Below, one piece after another: positions 1 to 9,412 of a stretch of DNA of 32,000 nucleotides. A model generated the notes under the pieces. The model was not told the origin of the DNA. It saw only the letters and a list, made by a program, of their open reading frames with translations, and searched no databases. The position numbers were made by a program, and so were the translations under genes. The stretch lies in assembly GCA_001430755.1 (NCBI GenBank), contig CP013062.1, forward strand, positions 600,001 to 632,000, read 5' to 3'. Positions within the stretch are counted from its first letter, which is position 1. The number at the start of each line of letters is the position of its first letter. Source of the DNA: Candidatus Peribacter riflensis. GTDB lineage: Bacteria; Patescibacteriota; Gracilibacteria; Peribacterales; Peribacteraceae.

Positions 1-200
1 TAGTACTTCTTGCGATTCCGATGGCGTGCGCGCACGAGCCCGATGTGCCTCAGATTCTCGAGCTCTCTGCGGATGGAATTGATCTGCTCATGCAGCAGCC
101 GCGTGAGTTCACGAATGAAATACTCCTCTTCGGGATGGAGGAGAAATGTCGAGAGGAGCTTCACGCGCGTCTGCGAACTAAACAGTGCTTTAAGAATCAC
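1..200 (-). CDS. winged-helix (ArsR/MarR-like) transcriptional regulator; its 3' end runs off the window
   Basis: Absent from the ORF track because it runs off the window edge. My minus-strand translation from GTG at 200 gives (M)ILKALFSSQTRVKLLSTFLLHPEEEYFIRELTRLLHEQINSIRRELENLRHIGLVRARHRNRKKY..., a typical wHTH pattern. Alternative in-frame GTG starts lie at 209 and 215. An in-frame TGA at 227-225 closes the frame upstream. Confidence 0.55.
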   Translation of the reverse strand, partial: MILKALFSSQTRVKLLSTFLLHPEEEYFIRELTRLLHEQINSIRRELENLRHIGLVRARHRNRKKY

Positions 201-220
201 GGATGACACGATCACAAAGA

Positions 221-234
221 GTACTCATGAGTAC
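221..234. promoter_or_regulatory. perfect 14-bp palindrome GTACTCATGAGTAC, candidate operator
   Basis: The sequence is self-complementary when read directly. It lies 6-20 nt upstream of the candidate starts of the wHTH gene, inside the AT-rich divergent spacer 216-471. Confidence 0.3.
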
Positions 235-471
235 ATGGATAGTGCAAGAAAAGTGATCAGACAATTGATCTACTTTATTGTTCAAAAAAGTGCCTTATTG
301 AAGCCAAAAAGTACGACTAATGCCAAATTATGGGTACATTCGTGAACACTAATTATACTCAACTATGAGGAACTTTTGTGTTCTAAGTATACTTTTCATC
401 ACTTCCCTGTTCTTCGACCCTACAGCAGACAGTCATTGAGTAAGAGGCCAAAAAGTGATAGAATAACTAGA

Positions 472-2232
472 ATGCTTTCAAAGAGAAAAATCCTCTTCGC
501 GACGCTCTCTCTCCTGCTCCTCTGCTGGATCACGAGGACTGAAGGTGTGGGCGCTCTCGCCCTCATGCAACCGGCCCTGGCTGCCGGAGATGATCTCGAT
601 CCCTTCTTCAAGATCATCAACCAGCTCTTCAGCTGGCTTGCCATGTTCTCGCACTTCCTCATCTACATTCTCACGGCAATCGCCGGAATGTTGATGGATC
701 CTGGTTTCATGAACCTGAGAACCGACGGGCAGTCGATGGGAATGACTCTGCTCAAGATCTGGCAGATCTCGCGCAATATCACCAATATCCTCCTCGCGTT
801 CCTGCTCATCATCGGAGCCATTATGACCGTGGTGTTCGCAGAGGGCGGCTACGTGCAGAAGTACGCCGTGAAGTTCGTGCTGGCCGTCTTACTCGTCAAT
901 TTCTCGTGGTTCTTCCCACGGGTGGTCTTGGACCTCGCGAACATCCTCACGGCAACGGTCTACTCGCTCCCCAGTGCCATCAACGTGCCGTGCGTAGCCT
1001 ACGACGCAAAGGGCAATGTCGATCCGGCCGGGTGCAAAATCATCACGGATTTCGCCTTCTTCGGCAATCAACCGGCAGGTGCAGACTGGAAATGCCCCCT
1101 TGATTTCAACGCGGATACGAAAATCGTCTGCATCAAGGAATCCCCACTCGATCCGCAGGCCAATACCCCCAATGCCATCTTCGGCAGCCTTGTCTACAAC
1201 CACGCCCGTTTTCAATTCTTCCCCAAAGTCGTGCCCCCGGCCGGCAACAATCCGGCGGCAGGACCTGCGGCACTGTCCCGCCTGCCGCAACTGCTGATGT
1301 TCACCCTGCTCATGTCCATCATGCTCTTCTTCAGTCTTGCCCTGCTCTTCCCGCTCCTCGCTCTCACACTCGTCCTCCTCATCCGCATTCCCATCATCTG
1401 GATCACCGTGGCCTTCATGCCCTTCATGTTCATCGGATTCGTAGCGGGAGACACCCCCGCACTGAAGGTCTTCAACCCCATGGAAATCTGGAACAAGTTC
1501 CTGCACGCGGCGTTCATTCCCGTCGTCGTCGCCATCCCCTTCTCGATCGGCTTCATCATGCTCAATGTGGCCATGGCCAACCCGCCAGCCGGCTGGGCTG
1601 CCAACCATCCGTTCATGCGGAACGGAGTGGTGCCCATGCTGCCCGGCGTCATCAACCTCTGGCAGCTTCTGTGGGTCGGCATGTCGATCGCCGTCATATG
1701 GATGGGCGCAAAAGCCGCCTTCAAGATGGATGCCCTGTTTGAGAAATTCGCTGCACCCATCATGAATGCCGGCGCATCCTTCGGACGGTTGATGATGAAG
1801 CTGCCGCTCCTGACCCCCCTGCCACTGCCGGGAGGTTCCATCACGCCGCTGGGCGCCATGCGCGTCGCGCAGAATGCCGAACATGCATTCATCGACCCCG
1901 TCGGAAAATTCCGCATGCCGGAGGTCTTCGGCGGCGCGGCAGGAGCTGCCGCAGTCGCAGGCACGAAACTCGCCGATCACATCAACATCAACGTGCCGAT
2001 ACAGAATACCATCCGCAATGAGATCAACAGCTTCAACACTGCAGCTGACGGCGCTCCGGGGCAGGCCATCCGCGACGAGGCCATTCGCAAGATCCGCGAC
2101 GAACTGCAGAGATCTGCGACGCAGGCCGGCGTCGCAGTCGATCTGACCAATAACCGAAATCTTGTGGAGGTCCTGCGCAAGATTTCGGACAAGGTTCCGG
2201 GCGTCGGAAGACTCAACGAAGCCAAACTTTAA
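472..2232 (+). CDS. polytopic membrane protein of unknown function
   Basis: ORF track 376..2232. I prefer the ATG at 472, where MLSKRKILFATLSLLLLCWITRTEG looks like a signal/anchor. Codons are GC3-rich. The protein has many hydrophobic segments, a 4-Cys loop (VPCVAY..GCKII..WKCPL..IVCIKE) and a soluble C-terminal tail. I recognise no family by eye. Confidence 0.85.
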   Translation: MLSKRKILFATLSLLLLCWITRTEGVGALALMQPALAAGDDLDPFFKIINQLFSWLAMFSHFLIYILTAIAGMLMDPGFMNLRTDGQSMGMTLLKIWQISRNITNILLAFLLIIGAIMTVVFAEGGYVQKYAVKFVLAVLLVNFSWFFPRVVLDLANILTATVYSLPSAINVPCVAYDAKGNVDPAGCKIITDFAFFGNQPAGADWKCPLDFNADTKIVCIKESPLDPQANTPNAIFGSLVYNHARFQFFPKVVPPAGNNPAAGPAALSRLPQLLMFTLLMSIMLFFSLALLFPLLALTLVLLIRIPIIWITVAFMPFMFIGFVAGDTPALKVFNPMEIWNKFLHAAFIPVVVAIPFSIGFIMLNVAMANPPAGWAANHPFMRNGVVPMLPGVINLWQLLWVGMSIAVIWMGAKAAFKMDALFEKFAAPIMNAGASFGRLMMKLPLLTPLPLPGGSITPLGAMRVAQNAEHAFIDPVGKFRMPEVFGGAAGAAAVAGTKLADHININVPIQNTIRNEINSFNTAADGAPGQAIRDEAIRKIRDELQRSATQAGVAVDLTNNRNLVEVLRKISDKVPGVGRLNEAKL

Positions 2233-2254
2233 ATACTGTGACTCTCTCCTGCTC

Positions 2255-3532
2255 ATGGCAGACGCCCCACGCGAATCACAGGCACAAGCACCCGAACAGC
2301 GTGAGCGCGTCACCGAGAGCGAGGTGAAACAGGCGCTCAGGCGGAATACGGCCGAGAACCGCCCGGTACACCCACGCGACGCGGAGCGACGCGAAGTGGA
2401 AAATACCCGTGACCTCAGTCTGACGACCATGGCGGTGGAAATGCTCCCCCGCGAGGGACGCATCTTGCAGAAGGAACTGGAAAAGGCGAAGAAGAAGAGC
2501 GAAGTCCCCCACCTGATCGAGAGCCAGAAGAAAGCGCAGGCCGTCGTCGGCGCGTACCTGGCGAGTCTCAAGCAGGATCTGAAGGAGAACTTTCCGGAAG
2601 AGGACTTCCGCGCAGCCTCACGCGCACATGCCAAGGGCATTCAGCGCAAGATCGAGGCCATGCTCGACCAGGCCCAGCGCGAGGGGCTCGTGACGGTCTA
2701 CAACGGGCGTATCGCGAACCGCGTGGGCTACGCGGCCGCGTGGATCGAGGAGTTGAAGCAGATGCGCAGCGGCCCCGACCTCACGCCGGGCCAGAAGCAG
2801 GCGATCATGCGCGTGGAGCGCTTCTTTCAGACCGTGCTGGATGGCGACCCCGCGTGGACACAGGCCTACAAGATCGTGCATCAGAAGCGACCGGAATCCG
2901 ACGCCGTACGACGCGGCAAGGGAGCCCTCAAGATGCTGGGCGTGCTGGCCGCAGCGGGCATGGCGTTCATCTCGGGCATTCTGGACATGAAAAATAAGCA
3001 GGTCTCGCCCTACACCCTGGCCTGGCTGGGACTCACCGGGTGGTCTGTGGGCTTCTTCAAAGGACAGGGCGAGACAGTGCGTAACCAGCTCGCCTTCGTG
3101 CCCACCAAAGACTGGGAGACGCTCTGTCAGAAGCTCGCCCTCAAAGGGCAGAACGGCGTGGATTTCATCGCCTTCATTCAGCGCGCCCACCAGAGCAAGA
3201 AAGGCAAGAAGGCCCTGGAGCTGCTCAAGAAAGCGCGACCGCAGGCCAGGCTGAATCCCCAGGAGTACATCCCGCTCCTCGTCGGCGAGAATCCGCAGGG
3301 ACCCGATGCGCAGATGGAGGCCACACTCAAGACGCTCTCCCCAGCGCAGCTCTACACCCTCTGCCTGCACGTCACCTCGGTCACCGACCGCACGGCCAAT
3401 GCGCTCCTGCGCGACTTCATCCAGAACAACGTGAACAGCCAGACGACTGCGGGTGACCTCAGGCAGTTGCAGAAGCCTCCTTCCGCTTCAACTCCTTCAG
3501 GAACACCTCCAGCTGGTCTCCCTCAGCAATGA
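2255..3532 (+). CDS. hypothetical protein with two central TM helices
   Basis: ORF track 2162..3532. The ATG at 2255 (MADAPRESQ) lies 22 nt after the upstream stop. The N-terminal half is charged. TM helices are LKMLGVLAAAGMAFISGILDM and YTLAWLGLTGWSVGFF, and the tail is Pro/Ser-rich. The last 74 nt overlap the 3' end of infB on the other strand. Confidence 0.75.
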   Translation: MADAPRESQAQAPEQRERVTESEVKQALRRNTAENRPVHPRDAERREVENTRDLSLTTMAVEMLPREGRILQKELEKAKKKSEVPHLIESQKKAQAVVGAYLASLKQDLKENFPEEDFRAASRAHAKGIQRKIEAMLDQAQREGLVTVYNGRIANRVGYAAAWIEELKQMRSGPDLTPGQKQAIMRVERFFQTVLDGDPAWTQAYKIVHQKRPESDAVRRGKGALKMLGVLAAAGMAFISGILDMKNKQVSPYTLAWLGLTGWSVGFFKGQGETVRNQLAFVPTKDWETLCQKLALKGQNGVDFIAFIQRAHQSKKGKKALELLKKARPQARLNPQEYIPLLVGENPQGPDAQMEATLKTLSPAQLYTLCLHVTSVTDRTANALLRDFIQNNVNSQTTAGDLRQLQKPPSASTPSGTPPAGLPQQ

Positions 3533-5723
3533 GGGTCGTTGCCTCGACGCGCATTCCGCACTCCGCACCCTCTTTGACCTCTTTGGCGTCCGCATCCCCT
3601 TTGCGCAGCGAAGTAATGCGACCCGTCCCCACCTGTTCGGTGCCCCGCTGAATGCGGAACGGCAGGCGCTTCATGGTGCCATCCGTCACGCGTCCGCCGA
3701 TGATCTGCTCGCTCTTCTTGGTGAGGAAGACCTTCAGCACCTGCAGGTGCCCGACGATCTTCTCGACATCTGCCGGCTCCACGAGACCCTTCAAGAGGCC
3801 CTCCATGTCCTCGAGCAGAGCGTAGATCACCTCGTACTCCCGCACACTCACGCCTTCGCGCTCGGCAATGGAGCGCGCTCCGCTCGGCACCGGAACGTGG
3901 AACGCGACCACGATCCCCTCGCTCGCCGCAGCCATCGAGACGTCGCTGTCCGTCACCGCACCGATGGAGGCATGGATGATCTTTACCGTGACCGTCTCGG
4001 TGGTGAGTTTGGCGAGCGCCTCCTTGAGTGCCTCCAATGATCCCTGGGCATCCGCCTTGAGCACGATTTTGAGCTGTGAGAGCTTGCCCTCCGAAAGCCT
4101 GCTCACAAGATCCACGAACCGCTGCGTCTGCCTGAGGTTGCGTCGCTCCTCCACAGCAGACAGAAGATCACGCGCCAGTTTTTCGGAAGCGACGACCTGC
4201 AGAATATCGCCCACCTCAGGAACGGAGTGGAACCCGGCCACCTGCACCGCGCCCGAAGGACCCACCTCCTCAAACCGCTTGCCGTGGGCATCGGACATCG
4301 TGCGCACTTTTCCGAGCGTCCGGCCGCAGACAAAGCTCTCGCCGTGGTGGAGCGTGCCGGCGTTGATGATGATGGTCGCCAGAGGGCCCAGAGAAGGATC
4401 GAGCTTGCTCTCGATCACCGTGGCCACGGCGGAGCGCTTGGGGTTGGCCGTGAAGGAATGCATCTCGGAGAGGAGCACGATGGAATCGAGCAGATCGGTG
4501 ATTCCCTGCTTCGTCTTGGCCGAGCACTGGACGAACGGCACCTGCCCGCCCCACTCCTCGGACTGGATCCCCTGCGCCGCCATCTCGCCCATGACACGAT
4601 TCACATCCGCCCCCTCCTTATCCATCTTGTTGAGCGCCACGAGCATGGGCACGCCCGCCTCTTTTGCGTGATCGATCGCCTCGATGGTCGTGGGTTTCAC
4701 ACCTTCGTCCGCCGCCACCACGATCACCGCGATATCGGTGACCTGCGCCCCGCGGGCGCGCATGGCCGTGAAGGCCTCGTGTCCCGGCGTATCGAGGAAG
4801 GTGATCTTGTGCACCTCTGCAGAACCGGCGGGCTTATGCTCCACCTGATACGCGCCGATGTGCTGCGTGATGCCGCCCGCCTCCCCGCCCGCCACGTTCG
4901 TCTCGCGGATGACATCGAGAATGGAGGTCTTGCCGTGATCGACGTGCCCCATCACCACAACGACAGGGGGACGCTTGACCAGGTTCTCCGGCTCGTCTTT
5001 GAGCAGCTCCGTAAGATTCCGGCTGAAGAGATCTTCCGCCGAGGCCTCCTCCTGCTGCTTCGCTACGGTCACGCCCAGCTCCGTGGCCACCACCGCGGCG
5101 GTATCGTAATCGATCGCCTGCGTGATCGTGGCAAGCACGCCGTTCTTCATGAGCGTCTGAATGAGCATGGGAATCTGAATACCCGTCTTTTCGGCCAGTT
5201 CCTTCACGGTGATCTGCGCCGGCAGAGAGACCACTCCCTCCTTCTTCTTTTTGATCTGTTCCTGATTGGTGGAGGAGATATCGCGCTTCTCCCGGACCCC
5301 GCGCGCCTTGCGATCGCCGAAGCGCCTGCGCTGGCCGGAAGGCCGGCTCTTGCTCATGGCCTGCTCCTGGCGGGCAATGGCCTCGCGCGAGACATCTTCG
5401 AGCGTGAGCTTGCGAAGCACGTTGACGCTCTTGTTCGCGCCGCTGCCATCTGCTTCGGCGGCCGGCTCGGCCGACGGAGTTGCCGGTGCGCCCTGGGCCT
5501 CTGGCGGTTTCGGAGCTTTGTCTTCGTCCAGGGACATGCCCTGCAACGCCTCCATATCCACCTCTTTGCCGTACTTGCGCGCCAGGAAGCGGATGATCCC
5601 CTGCGCCAGAGAATCGGTTACTTCGCGGTCCGTCGGCTTCACGCCGAAATTCACCTGCGTGAGCTCGTGTCGCAGTTGTTGACCGGTCATGCCTAATGCT
5701 TTCGCAACCTGTACAAGGCGCAT
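3459..5723 (-). CDS. infB: translation initiation factor IF-2
   Basis: GTPase motifs [24 protein letters not shown] and NKMD are present. The N-terminus [17 protein letters not shown] is IF2-like. I prefer the ATG at 5723 to the track start at 5759. Confidence 0.97.
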   Translation of the reverse strand: MRLVQVAKALGMTGQQLRHELTQVNFGVKPTDREVTDSLAQGIIRFLARKYGKEVDMEALQGMSLDEDKAPKPPEAQGAPATPSAEPAAEADGSGANKSVNVLRKLTLEDVSREAIARQEQAMSKSRPSGQRRRFGDRKARGVREKRDISSTNQEQIKKKKEGVVSLPAQITVKELAEKTGIQIPMLIQTLMKNGVLATITQAIDYDTAAVVATELGVTVAKQQEEASAEDLFSRNLTELLKDEPENLVKRPPVVVVMGHVDHGKTSILDVIRETNVAGGEAGGITQHIGAYQVEHKPAGSAEVHKITFLDTPGHEAFTAMRARGAQVTDIAVIVVAADEGVKPTTIEAIDHAKEAGVPMLVALNKMDKEGADVNRVMGEMAAQGIQSEEWGGQVPFVQCSAKTKQGITDLLDSIVLLSEMHSFTANPKRSAVATVIESKLDPSLGPLATIIINAGTLHHGESFVCGRTLGKVRTMSDAHGKRFEEVGPSGAVQVAGFHSVPEVGDILQVVASEKLARDLLSAVEERRNLRQTQRFVDLVSRLSEGKLSQLKIVLKADAQGSLEALKEALAKLTTETVTVKIIHASIGAVTDSDVSMAAASEGIVVAFHVPVPSGARSIAEREGVSVREYEVIYALLEDMEGLLKGLVEPADVEKIVGHLQVLKVFLTKKSEQIIGGRVTDGTMKRLPFRIQRGTEQVGTGRITSLRKGDADAKEVKEGAECGMRVEATTLIAEGDQLEVFLKELKRKEASATA

Positions 5724-5792
5724 GGATTCAGTGAAAAGCCGCGTCCAGTGTAGCGGCAACGCCTCTGGATGCGAAGGAAAAACTCCCCCTCC

Positions 5793-7163
5793 TCACGATG
5801 CATTCGACTCCTCTCCCTTCGATGCACTCCCGGTACGCTTCTTGCCCCCCTTCCGGTGACTCAGCTCCTCGACGATATCGAGGGAGGAGCCGCTCTTCCG
5901 TGGCTCCGCAGGAGCAGCCTTGCCGGGGGACGGAACGGGCTTCTGGACGGGCAAAACGGGTGGGACAGCTTTGCGCTCCTGCCCGGGAAGGCGCTCCCCC
6001 TCCTCACGCTGCCGAACCATACCTTCCCGGATTTTCTGCACCGCCTCGAGCACCGCGAGCTGGAAATTGGAAGGGGATGGCAGACGGAAACCGGCGGCAC
6101 GGGGATGACCCCCACCCTTGAAGAGCTTGGCTGCAAGCTGGTTGGCATCGATCGCAGGCGAGGAACGCAGGCTGGCTTTGATACCGCCCTCCTCCATCTC
6201 AACGAAAATGACATGCGCATCCGCATCGGGAATCGTCGAAATGAGTTCATCGAGAATGCCCGATACCTCTTTGCTGTGCGCCCCCATCTCGGTCAGGTCC
6301 GCCAGGCTCACTGCGGACCAGGCGATCTTGGCCGCGTCATCCACCTGAATGCGGTTCAAGGCACGTCCCCAGATCTTCAGGGTCGTGAGGGGCTTGGTCT
6401 TGTAAATGTTCTGGATGATCTCCTGCTGGCGCGCTCCGAGATCGAGGAGCTCTGCAGCCACTTCGAGCGAGCGGGGCGTCGTGTTGGGGTTCTGAAAACT
6501 CCGGGTGTCGGTGATGAGACCCGTGAGGAGGAGTGTCGCGAGATCCGGCGTCATTTTCTCGCGCCATTCTGGCACGTGCAGGAACCAGTGGTAGAGCACC
6601 TCGGTGACGCTGGCCGATGTCGTGTCGATGAGTTGGAGCTGGCCGTAGCGCGTATTGCTGATGTGATGATCGACATTGAGCACGGGGATCTCGGAGAAGA
6701 GATCTACATGGTGGACGTAGAGCGACCCCAAGAGCGGCAGATCGGCCGTATCCACGACCACGATCAGGTCATAACGCTGCTCCCCTTCTCCGAGTGCGAT
6801 CTGCTGCGGCCGGATGCGCCCGTTCTTGGGCACGACGATGATATTCACGCGGTGATCCTCCACGGTGTACCGGAGCTTATCCACCTCCACCCCTTCCTCC
6901 AGGTTCACCGTGATGACGAAATTCTGCGACTCGATGAGCTGCTCCTCCACGCGCTCGAAGCCGGGCAGAAAACGGAGCGATTCGGGCGGGGAATCGGGGC
7001 AGACCACCGTCACATCCTTGCCGAGGGCACGGAAGAGCTGGAAGCACGACAGCGCCCCTGAAAGGGCATCGGGATCCACGTTGGCATGGCACACGATGAG
7101 GATGCGCTGATTGTCCTGAATCGCGCGTGTGGCAGCCGATAGCTCCTGGGGGGATAAGCTCAT
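5793..7163 (-). CDS. DHH/DHHA1 family phosphoesterase (NrnA-like oligoribonuclease/pAp phosphatase)
   Basis: DHH motifs ILIVCHANVDPDALSG, VVVDTAD and NVDHHISN are present, together with DHHA1 GGGHPRAAGF. I prefer the ATG at 7163 because the track GTG at 7184 falls inside the predicted promoter. The C-terminal tail is long and Pro/Lys-rich. Confidence 0.88.
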   Translation of the reverse strand: MSLSPQELSAATRAIQDNQRILIVCHANVDPDALSGALSCFQLFRALGKDVTVVCPDSPPESLRFLPGFERVEEQLIESQNFVITVNLEEGVEVDKLRYTVEDHRVNIIVVPKNGRIRPQQIALGEGEQRYDLIVVVDTADLPLLGSLYVHHVDLFSEIPVLNVDHHISNTRYGQLQLIDTTSASVTEVLYHWFLHVPEWREKMTPDLATLLLTGLITDTRSFQNPNTTPRSLEVAAELLDLGARQQEIIQNIYKTKPLTTLKIWGRALNRIQVDDAAKIAWSAVSLADLTEMGAHSKEVSGILDELISTIPDADAHVIFVEMEEGGIKASLRSSPAIDANQLAAKLFKGGGHPRAAGFRLPSPSNFQLAVLEAVQKIREGMVRQREEGERLPGQERKAVPPVLPVQKPVPSPGKAAPAEPRKSGSSLDIVEELSHRKGGKKRTGSASKGEESNAS

Positions 7164-7174
7164 GCTAACTTGAT

Positions 7175-7203
7175 ATTGTAACACAATTTATAGTTTTTAT
7201 CAA
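7175..7203 (-). promoter_or_regulatory. sigma70-type promoter TTGATA-17 nt-TACAAT for the DHH-infB unit
   Basis: The minus strand reads TTGATAaaaactataaattgtgtTACAATatcaagttagcATG. The -35 element is at 7203-7198 and the -10 element at 7180-7175. Only 11 nt separate the -10 element from the ATG, so the leader would be about 4-5 nt. Confidence 0.55.
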
Positions 7204-7303
7204 CTGCCCCATTCTGTCGTCCTTGTAGACCTGTCATAGGCATAAGGGGCGTATGGAAGCACAAAGAAAGTCTCCGGGCAATCCAAAAGGCCAGGCTACG
7301 GGG

Positions 7304-7337
7304 CAAAAGAAAGGCCACCCGACAGAGATGGCCCTTC
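7304..7337 (-). terminator. intrinsic terminator after the AAK-GNAT gene
   Basis: The minus strand reads GAAGGGCCA-11 nt loop-TGGCCTTTC followed by TTTTG. The single non-Watson-Crick pair is G.U on the minus-strand RNA but an A.C mismatch on the plus strand. The hairpin starts 8 nt after the stop at 7345. Confidence 0.5.
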
Positions 7338-7344
7338 TTGAGAC

Positions 7345-8655
7345 TCACTTTCTGGGCTCCCACACCTCGCGTCTCCAGGTGCAGAAACAGGGATCACGCT
7401 TGCTCACGTCATACTCCCGAATGCTGGGAAGATCGTCATAGACCGTGGATGACCCTTGCTGCAATGCCGAAACGTTTCCCAGATTCTCGAAAGAATTGCG
7501 CAACAGGATCGACAACAACCCCGGGGATTGCGTGAAGACATACACATTCTTCTGCTTTTGCAGGGCGATTCTCTGAGCAGCCTGGATGATCAGATCGCCG
7601 ATCCCCGTCTTGTCGTAATCCGAGCAGATCGTCGCGCATTCCATCCATTCCCCCCGCGGAATGAGTGCAAAGGCTCCAAGAATGGAATTACTGACTTTGA
7701 GCAGATGCACGTACTTTTTGAGCTCCTGCAATTCCTCCGGCGATCGGGCCCGGAAATTTTTGCTCTCCACATTCTTTTGGTAGAGCGCATCGAAAATTGC
7801 ATCGTCGGCGCCGTCGTGTGGAGGCGACTCGCACTGGACAGCACTGTGCGCAATCACCAACGTTCCGCTGCCCAGGATTCTTTCAATTTCCTGCCGGACA
7901 CCCGCAACACCGGTGATCACGACCTTCTGGATGTACTGAAGCATCTTCTTGGCCTCGCAGAGCTTCTTCTGCATGCCGCCACCTCCACCGGTCACATCAA
8001 TGTGCGCGTGCTGCCCATCCGCGGCGATATCTTCTTTCCAGAGCAACGGAGCTATTTTCCCCTTATGGAGTACACCGCCGGTCTCCGTCACGAAGATGGC
8101 CTCATTGAGGTTGGCACACTCCTGAGCGGCAATAGCCCGCGCCGTGTCATCCGCGTTCACATTGAGGAGCTTCTGCCCATCACTCCCCACCGAAGGAACG
8201 ACAACGATCGCGCCTGCATGGAGTTTTTCGACCGACTCCGGATCACCGACGAACCCGAGAGCGGGCAGGTGGGTACAGTGCAACTGCTCTGGCTCGAGAA
8301 TAGTGGCTTCTGCGAGCGATTGGTGGAACAAGGATCGGATACTCTGATAGGCAGGCAACACTCCGTGGAGCATCTGCTGTTCATCCGTCACCCTCCTGCC
8401 ACCCACACGTTTGGGCTCAACCCATTGCTGTCCTGTTTGCGCAAGATAGTCTTTGAGACACTGTGTATTTTGCTCGCCCGCGCCGCACACGATGATGAAA
8501 TGGATACCCTCGCGCGCGAGTGACTGCACGTCCTGCATCAGCGCAGGCATCTGCTCGCTTAAGAGCGTCTTGCCACTCACTTTGAGTAAGAGCGTCTTGC
8601 CGCCGTACTTGTGATGGTACGCGGCTGGTACCGATGGTGGTTCAGAGGGATGCAT
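7345..8655 (-). CDS. amino-acid kinase domain fused to a C-terminal GNAT acetyltransferase (N-acetylglutamate synthase/kinase-like)
   Basis: The N-terminus carries LLLKVSGKTLL, IIVCGAGEQ, GGRRVTD, LNVNADDTARAIA and GGGGGMQKKL, which match the acetylglutamate-kinase fold. The C-terminal ~150 aa (GAFALIPRGEWMECATICSDYDKTGIGDLIIQAAQ) are GNAT-like. Length and domain order match ArgA. The start is an ATG at 8655. Confidence 0.75.
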   Translation of the reverse strand: MHPSEPPSVPAAYHHKYGGKTLLLKVSGKTLLSEQMPALMQDVQSLAREGIHFIIVCGAGEQNTQCLKDYLAQTGQQWVEPKRVGGRRVTDEQQMLHGVLPAYQSIRSLFHQSLAEATILEPEQLHCTHLPALGFVGDPESVEKLHAGAIVVVPSVGSDGQKLLNVNADDTARAIAAQECANLNEAIFVTETGGVLHKGKIAPLLWKEDIAADGQHAHIDVTGGGGGMQKKLCEAKKMLQYIQKVVITGVAGVRQEIERILGSGTLVIAHSAVQCESPPHDGADDAIFDALYQKNVESKNFRARSPEELQELKKYVHLLKVSNSILGAFALIPRGEWMECATICSDYDKTGIGDLIIQAAQRIALQKQKNVYVFTQSPGLLSILLRNSFENLGNVSALQQGSSTVYDDLPSIREYDVSKRDPCFCTWRREVWEPRK

Positions 8656-9016
8656 AGTTGGAAATGGAAGTGAAATACCTGTGCAGCACGGGAAAAACCT
8701 CCTGAAGCGTTGCTCCGCGGAGGGTGTGCTGCCGGCTACATTCAGTTCAGTCAGCCCGGCCCCTCTGCGGAGGAGATACGGATACGACGCGCGATGGTGA
8801 GGAGGAGGATCATGGGAACAGCGGAAGAACCCCTGCGGGAGAGAGATCCGGTTGAGAGGTGACTTGCGTTTGAAACGTGAGCAGAGACCGTCACCTCTTT
8901 ACGAGGCGCGGCGACGGAGACAGATTTGAAGGAATGATGGCTGCACGATGGGCTTATCGTAGAGGTTTTTCGCGAAGTGTCAATATCCGCATCTTTCGGG
9001 TGGTGATTGCAGTCTT

Positions 9017-9093
9017 TGGTCGGGGCGACAGGACTTGAACCTGCGACCTCTTGCACCCCATGCAAGCGTTCTAGCCAACTGAACTACGCCCCG
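9017..9093 (-). tRNA. tRNA-Pro, anticodon GGG, CCA encoded
   Basis: Hand-folded cloverleaf: acceptor CGGGGCG/CGCCCCG, D arm GTTC-AGTTGGCTA-GAAC, anticodon arm CTTGC-ATGGGGT-GCAAG, T arm GCAGG-TTCAAGT-CCTGT, then discriminator A and CCA. Confidence 0.93.
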
Positions 9094-9129
9094 ACGCGCA
9101 AACTATAGCAGTGATACCATGCGTGCTGC

Positions 9130-9396
9130 ATGGAAAATCCCGAATCTCAGATCGCCGCCATCGTGGAACGCAACAAGCGTGTCGAAACCGACAAAGCGTG
9201 GGAGGTGAGCTGGACGCGGCGGCTGCTCATCACCGCCCTCACCTATAGTGTCGCCGTGCTTTTTCTCTGGACAATCGAGAACCCGGGCTTCTGGCTCAAC
9301 GCAGCCGTCCCGGCCTTAGGCTACCTGCTCTCCACCCTCTCGCTCCCGTGGGTGAAGCAGTGGTGGATACGGCAGCATCTGGAATCCAGTCAGTAG
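9130..9396 (+). CDS. small conserved-looking 2-TM membrane protein
   Basis: ATG start. The N-terminus IVERNKRVETDKAWEVSWTRR is amphipathic and is followed by two hydrophobic helices. It is the only plus-strand ORF here and no competing frame exists. Confidence 0.7.
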   Translation: MENPESQIAAIVERNKRVETDKAWEVSWTRRLLITALTYSVAVLFLWTIENPGFWLNAAVPALGYLLSTLSLPWVKQWWIRQHLESSQ

Positions 9397-9412
9397 GGAA
9401 CAAAACAGAACA

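Noticed and set aside
889-2640. 583-aa minus-strand ORF, plus similar long antisense ORFs at 4227..5696, 5769..7061, 7456..8523, 12850..13650, 14688..15746, 16563..17513, 17497..18441, 21498..22445, 24036..24905, 25656..26558, 26622..28091, 28254..29225 and 30963..31937
   Set aside because: These are shadow frames opposite genes with clear family motifs. Their translations are Arg/His/Gly/Asp-rich low-complexity strings, which is typical of stop-poor antisense frames in GC-rich DNA.
8751-9065. 104-aa minus-strand ORF
   Set aside because: It overlaps tRNA-Pro (9017-9093) and its translation is Ser-rich and not protein-like.
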